From NCBI GenBank assembly GCA_036446455.1, contig JAZFSZ010000111.1:1-53482 (forward strand): 53,482 bases of DNA, written 5' to 3'. How positions within the stretch are numbered: the stretch's first letter is position 1; each line of letters starts with the position of its first letter. The stretch comes from Acidiferrobacterales bacterium. GTDB lineage: Bacteria; Pseudomonadota; Gammaproteobacteria; Acidiferrobacterales; JAJDNE01. Shown here piece by piece: positions 51,501 through 53,482 of this stretch. The translations under genes and the position numbers were made by a program. A model generated the notes under the pieces. That model had not been told where the DNA came from, ran no database searches, and saw only the letters and a program-made list of their open reading frames with translations.

Positions 51501-53482
51501 CATTACCGATCAATTACCGAACACCGCACCCGGCGGCATGTGTGATACACCGCCGTCGATTTTTACTGCAGGTATTTATTTGTCCAATGGAACAACTCTC
51601 GTTACCTCGCTAGTGGAGGGAACAGATTACGTTACCAGTTTTGATCCGGCACCAACATGTACGCTGACGTTTACCATGCAATCGGCCGCGGCAGCGATCG
51701 ACGCTGGTAATCGTTTGATCGTGACTTATCAGGCCGTCGCCGATAACGACAATATACAAAGCACGCCGATGACCAACATTGCCGGGGCCACTCTCTGGTA
51801 CAGTCTTGATACCGCCGGGTCCGGCGCGACAGGAGAAACGCGCACCTATACGCGCACGCTTACAGACGGTACACCCGGCGTGCTCGACCATGAGGATGCG
51901 CTGACGGTAAACAGTGAGGTCCCGGTCCTCGAGTTTCGCAAAACCGTAATCAATGTAAATACGGGACAAAATCCTGGTGCCAATGCCTCGCCCGGCGACA
52001 CCCTGCGCTACCAGATCACCGTGCGCAATATAAGCAGCATAACCTTGAACAATTTCACATTCACCGACGAGGTCGACCGGCTTTCCGGCGGCAGTGCCGT
52101 ATTTTCCCCGGGAACCCTGAACATAATTGCAATCCCGGCCGGTGCGGATAGCAGTAACAGTGATGTCAATGGCGGCACTCTGGGTACCGGCCTGCTGGAT
52201 GTGCGCAACCTGAATCTGGATGCCGCGGGTGGCAGCAATGACAGTCTGGTCATTGAATTCGAAATAACACTGGTGCCAGTGATAGCCAATGGCACGGTAG
52301 TATTGAATCAGTCGCAAATATTTATTACCGATTACACCACCCTGGACAGTGACGATCCCAATGTAAACGGCGCCGATGACCCTGTTGTTCTCGGCGATGA
52401 AGATCCCACAACAACCCTGATCGGATCGGCGCCGGTCATGCAGGTACAAAAGGTGTCGCAGGATTTGACGGGTGATCCCGCCGTGCTGGAGCCTGGCGAT
52501 ACCCTGCGTTACACCATCACGATCAAGAATATTGGTACTGAAAACGCCGTGAATACGACACTGCGCGATCAGATACCTGCGAACACAACTTATGTCGCCA
52601 ACGGCACCACCTTGAACGGGGTTGCGGTGGCCGACCCCGCGCCCGGTGTCAGCGTTTTACAAGACGGCATGCTCATTAATGCTCCGGAGAATATAACGCC
52701 GGGCTTTATGCGTGCCGATACCGACCCGACGGCCGATAATGTGGCTATCGTGATCTTTGATGTCACCATCAACAGCAATGTGATCAATGGCACTATCATC
52801 TCCAACCAGGGATTCGTGAATGGCAGCGGAACCAGTGGTGGTGCCTTCCCCGAACAGCCGTCAGACGATCCTGCAACTCCGGTGGCCAATGATCCAACGT
52901 TAGATATTGTCGGCAACCTGCCGTTGGTGGATTCACAGAAGACGGTGCAGATATTTATTGATAATGGAACGCCCGGCATTCTCGATCCTGGTGACACCCT
53001 GCGCTACACCATCACGGTCACTAACTTTGGTGCACAGCCGGCGACCGGTGTTGTGCTCACGGATGCTGTGCCGGCCAATACCACCTATGTTGCTGACTCG
53101 GTTGTTCTCAACGGACTGCCGGTGGGTCAACCCGATGGTGGTGTATCACCGCTGATCGTTGGCGTGGATGTCAGTTCTTCCGACCTGACACCGCCATTAC
53201 CGACTGCCGGTAACGGCACGTTGTCGGTGGGCGGTACCGCAACCCTTATCTTCGACGTGCAAGTCAACGGTGGCACGCCTTCGGGTACCGTTATTAGCAA
53301 TCAGGGTACGGTCACCAGTATTGAGCAGGCCCCTGAGCCTACCGATGCCGATGGCAATGACAGTAATGGTGACCAACCAACACAGATTGTCGTTGGCAGT
53401 GCCCAGCAGCTGACGATCACAAAATCAGTGTCTGTTGTCGGTGGTGGCGTTGCCGTTGCAGGCGGTGAGCTGGAATACGTGG
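45559..53482 (+). CDS. Giant secreted DUF11 / isopeptide-domain repeat surface protein (>2640 aa, truncated by window end)
   Basis: Not in the ORF track because no stop falls in the window. In-frame stop at 45517, then ATG 45559 (or 45595). Signal peptide ...GFGLLLPAATALA. About 16 repeats such as LTKS...GDVLTVTVTATNTG...AYNLRVMD and PGDTLRYTITVTNFG...VLTDAVP. The same frame still reads as repeat sequence at 53482. Confidence 0.9.
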   Translation, partial: MCLLSGAWIIFGMSAWSQIVPRIRGYLRVILTLGFMLGFGLLLPAATALASHPNCTDDPSTFNIISHDFAASYCELCGIGEIHIIVTNDTAQPFTNVTITEDLGASGLEYIAGTTTFNGSATGDPSITGSVLTWTPAEMPELASLDKAQNHNTPRTYEIVFQVRSITGTEEGLVSASRLIEATVSFDYERCNSTLYPRTTDSTGQELLPLREPVPSVTKAGRNVDAAQGGYSDPVYGNTNDDIIWQIEIGNGGLAAMQDLKFNDLMTAGNMSVNYACPTEGTALAVANNNGALPGGSPCVVASNSITDFAVDDPFGNPGNDEPGAFVDVPAGGVARVYLVGKITSSCNNQTNTASGIEWGCEVNSPDGGITNTSTGASPGTASATLETLVTNSGLQIQRQITGTNTAQPVGTKGTITITITNNTGGTVKNIQLNDVLPTGPTYYVVDSTFTPTIAVTPLFGAYAGMTDTITWTNQNIDPLLNTSPTFILTSSTTHANYADQFNMLRNGDELVVTFRIVMVNSDFYDKQADLDIREEAAGVDDPINMPTLTNQLYVTFEQFCSPGTIQQASSYPFNDNFTPSPEDIDIDISGAALIFILTNDPAQPLPLRVQLTNSGGHDADDHFTYVSFGETMTIVTAPGSCTVTSNPPPRPVWNLPAPVPATATIYECTSGVIAPGATRNLDFEVIKNLASTADDLTFRADVVAEVRLSDGTPLTYPVPSDPIGSTVNNYSLDGIRARVLGFNLQKSQVGVCTENNPPPSSPDTNVQIGEQCTFHIDTGGWFGFQTPGFTYIAVQNIQVVDELPDGQGYISSTDPTLTSDSTVLGISLNPPGLVAPDEGWIDWTFNQIVPAERITVKDQWFRVDVTTRILNDPIDSVAAPNQHTATSRNVLNSYFEAIFRNAMGVEEVFNLGPGTVGYPQASVRRVDLIVTEPSISVVKEVCNETLYGVGAACSNFVTVASDGDTNDSYVYRIRLTNQSSSGGVTRAPAYNIISTDVLDSSDLMLIAPFGSDGLDNDGDGLVDGADADEGSISDNIIGNATPAEITFSHAHSAPLLRVDPGSTVTFYYRVDPDDAIAPLQLLTNTVTMIYDSLDGDFGNQTAPLRPNSDIAGARVYTTTAVQATVQILPLITQPKAILALSNTAVGGPPQPVTIGEEVQYQLTTEIPVSRLRNFVIRDELPAGVRCIEAPAINLGTGVYASAGFVPGGTITPTCTSTGSNDYVEWSFGDQELTTATGTRFTFPVSFIARVENTVVTNDTDDISNGTPATNATVSYVDEANNTVTLNFASNNAVVSEPQIALTKSFSAASTDAGDVLTVTVTATNTGTATAYNLRVMDNLVGTKLTFLNSVSGTDPPDTIDTITLGANSPIFSWNATNPDYAIAPGASISFTFTVSVDIDVEPQEVLSNTLQASWQSLPDQNTALNSSGSIGADGSTLGMRNGAIPNAGDAINDYETTVTATITVLPASIGKTHLNDTYIAGADVRIGDIVEYELRLTLPEGTTTSIVLSDVLPQGLQYESTVSVNGDTTAPYTSSPPFTYSNFAGAVVVGDATTGSTTVTWDLGQVINAGDNNAGNNDIVIIYRARVLNLVHPQVNNIALTNTVSLDYIAGGAPAPTQTAGETINVVQPNLTVSKSAAPAGGDTVIDANEIVTYTVDIQNTGTAPAYDVVLQDVIPVGLRNGVATITVTSMTLVNGPTVLPNLAPTYDAGTGVAVWNFDTGTANQYTIPVGDTLRLVYQVQADADLGAAFVMTNQAQVQNYYSFDDEAVPSLGGINGVREIYGVSNTASITLTSVAPNPLSKQNPAVLNVTIGETFAYRITVPNTPQPVALHDVVIVDDLSASAADLLFVGVSRVSGSQFWTPVNTGTASSLVIADTANGIDIPAGEQIQIDITVTVADTATNVAGLQFNNTASYLFNQVNDNVATQLAGGADTTANMTIVEPDTLTLEKSGPAQAQFGIPATFTLNVQNTGTSTAWDLTITDQLPNTAPGGMCDTPPSIFTAGIYLSNGTTLVTSLVEGTDYVTSFDPAPTCTLTFTMQSAAAAIDAGNRLIVTYQAVADNDNIQSTPMTNIAGATLWYSLDTAGSGATGETRTYTRTLTDGTPGVLDHEDALTVNSEVPVLEFRKTVINVNTGQNPGANASPGDTLRYQITVRNISSITLNNFTFTDEVDRLSGGSAVFSPGTLNIIAIPAGADSSNSDVNGGTLGTGLLDVRNLNLDAAGGSNDSLVIEFEITLVPVIANGTVVLNQSQIFITDYTTLDSDDPNVNGADDPVVLGDEDPTTTLIGSAPVMQVQKVSQDLTGDPAVLEPGDTLRYTITIKNIGTENAVNTTLRDQIPANTTYVANGTTLNGVAVADPAPGVSVLQDGMLINAPENITPGFMRADTDPTADNVAIVIFDVTINSNVINGTIISNQGFVNGSGTSGGAFPEQPSDDPATPVANDPTLDIVGNLPLVDSQKTVQIFIDNGTPGILDPGDTLRYTITVTNFGAQPATGVVLTDAVPANTTYVADSVVLNGLPVGQPDGGVSPLIVGVDVSSSDLTPPLPTAGNGTLSVGGTATLIFDVQVNGGTPSGTVISNQGTVTSIEQAPEPTDADGNDSNGDQPTQIVVGSAQQLTITKSVSVVGGGVAVAGGELEYV

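Noticed and set aside
45668-53155. The many short ORFs listed in the track across this region
   Set aside because: They are off-frame or antisense shadows of the single giant plus-strand ORF.

Overview
A 53.5 kb chromosomal window from a gammaproteobacterium, probably a sulfur oxidiser (inferred from DsrE-like and SoxW-like genes). Bases 1-35.4 kb are mostly housekeeping genes: purMN, hda, wrbA, arsC, aspA-like, acyP, proS, aroG and sucAB-lpdA-sucCD. This half also carries an ECF sigma factor whose anti-sigma has a periplasmic DsrE-like domain, a thioredoxin/SoxW-TolC-MFP operon preceded by the same ECF-type promoter motif, and an AT-rich degraded patch (16.3-19 kb) with REP-like palindromes and two gene remnants. 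From 35.7 kb to the end lies a compact nine-gene envelope machine: three TPR proteins, two small secreted proteins, an ExbB/TolQ subunit, two ExbD/TolR subunits and an AgmX/PglI-type TonB-like protein. It resembles the core of the Myxococcus Agl-Glt gliding machinery. Directly downstream is a >2640 aa secreted protein with about 16 DUF11/isopeptide-type Ig-like repeats, absent from the ORF track because it runs off the window. That pairing is the best candidate for an undescribed PMF-driven surface-protein transport or adhesion system. No tRNA, rRNA, CRISPR array or intact transposase was recognised. All family assignments come from motif recognition by eye, not from database searches.
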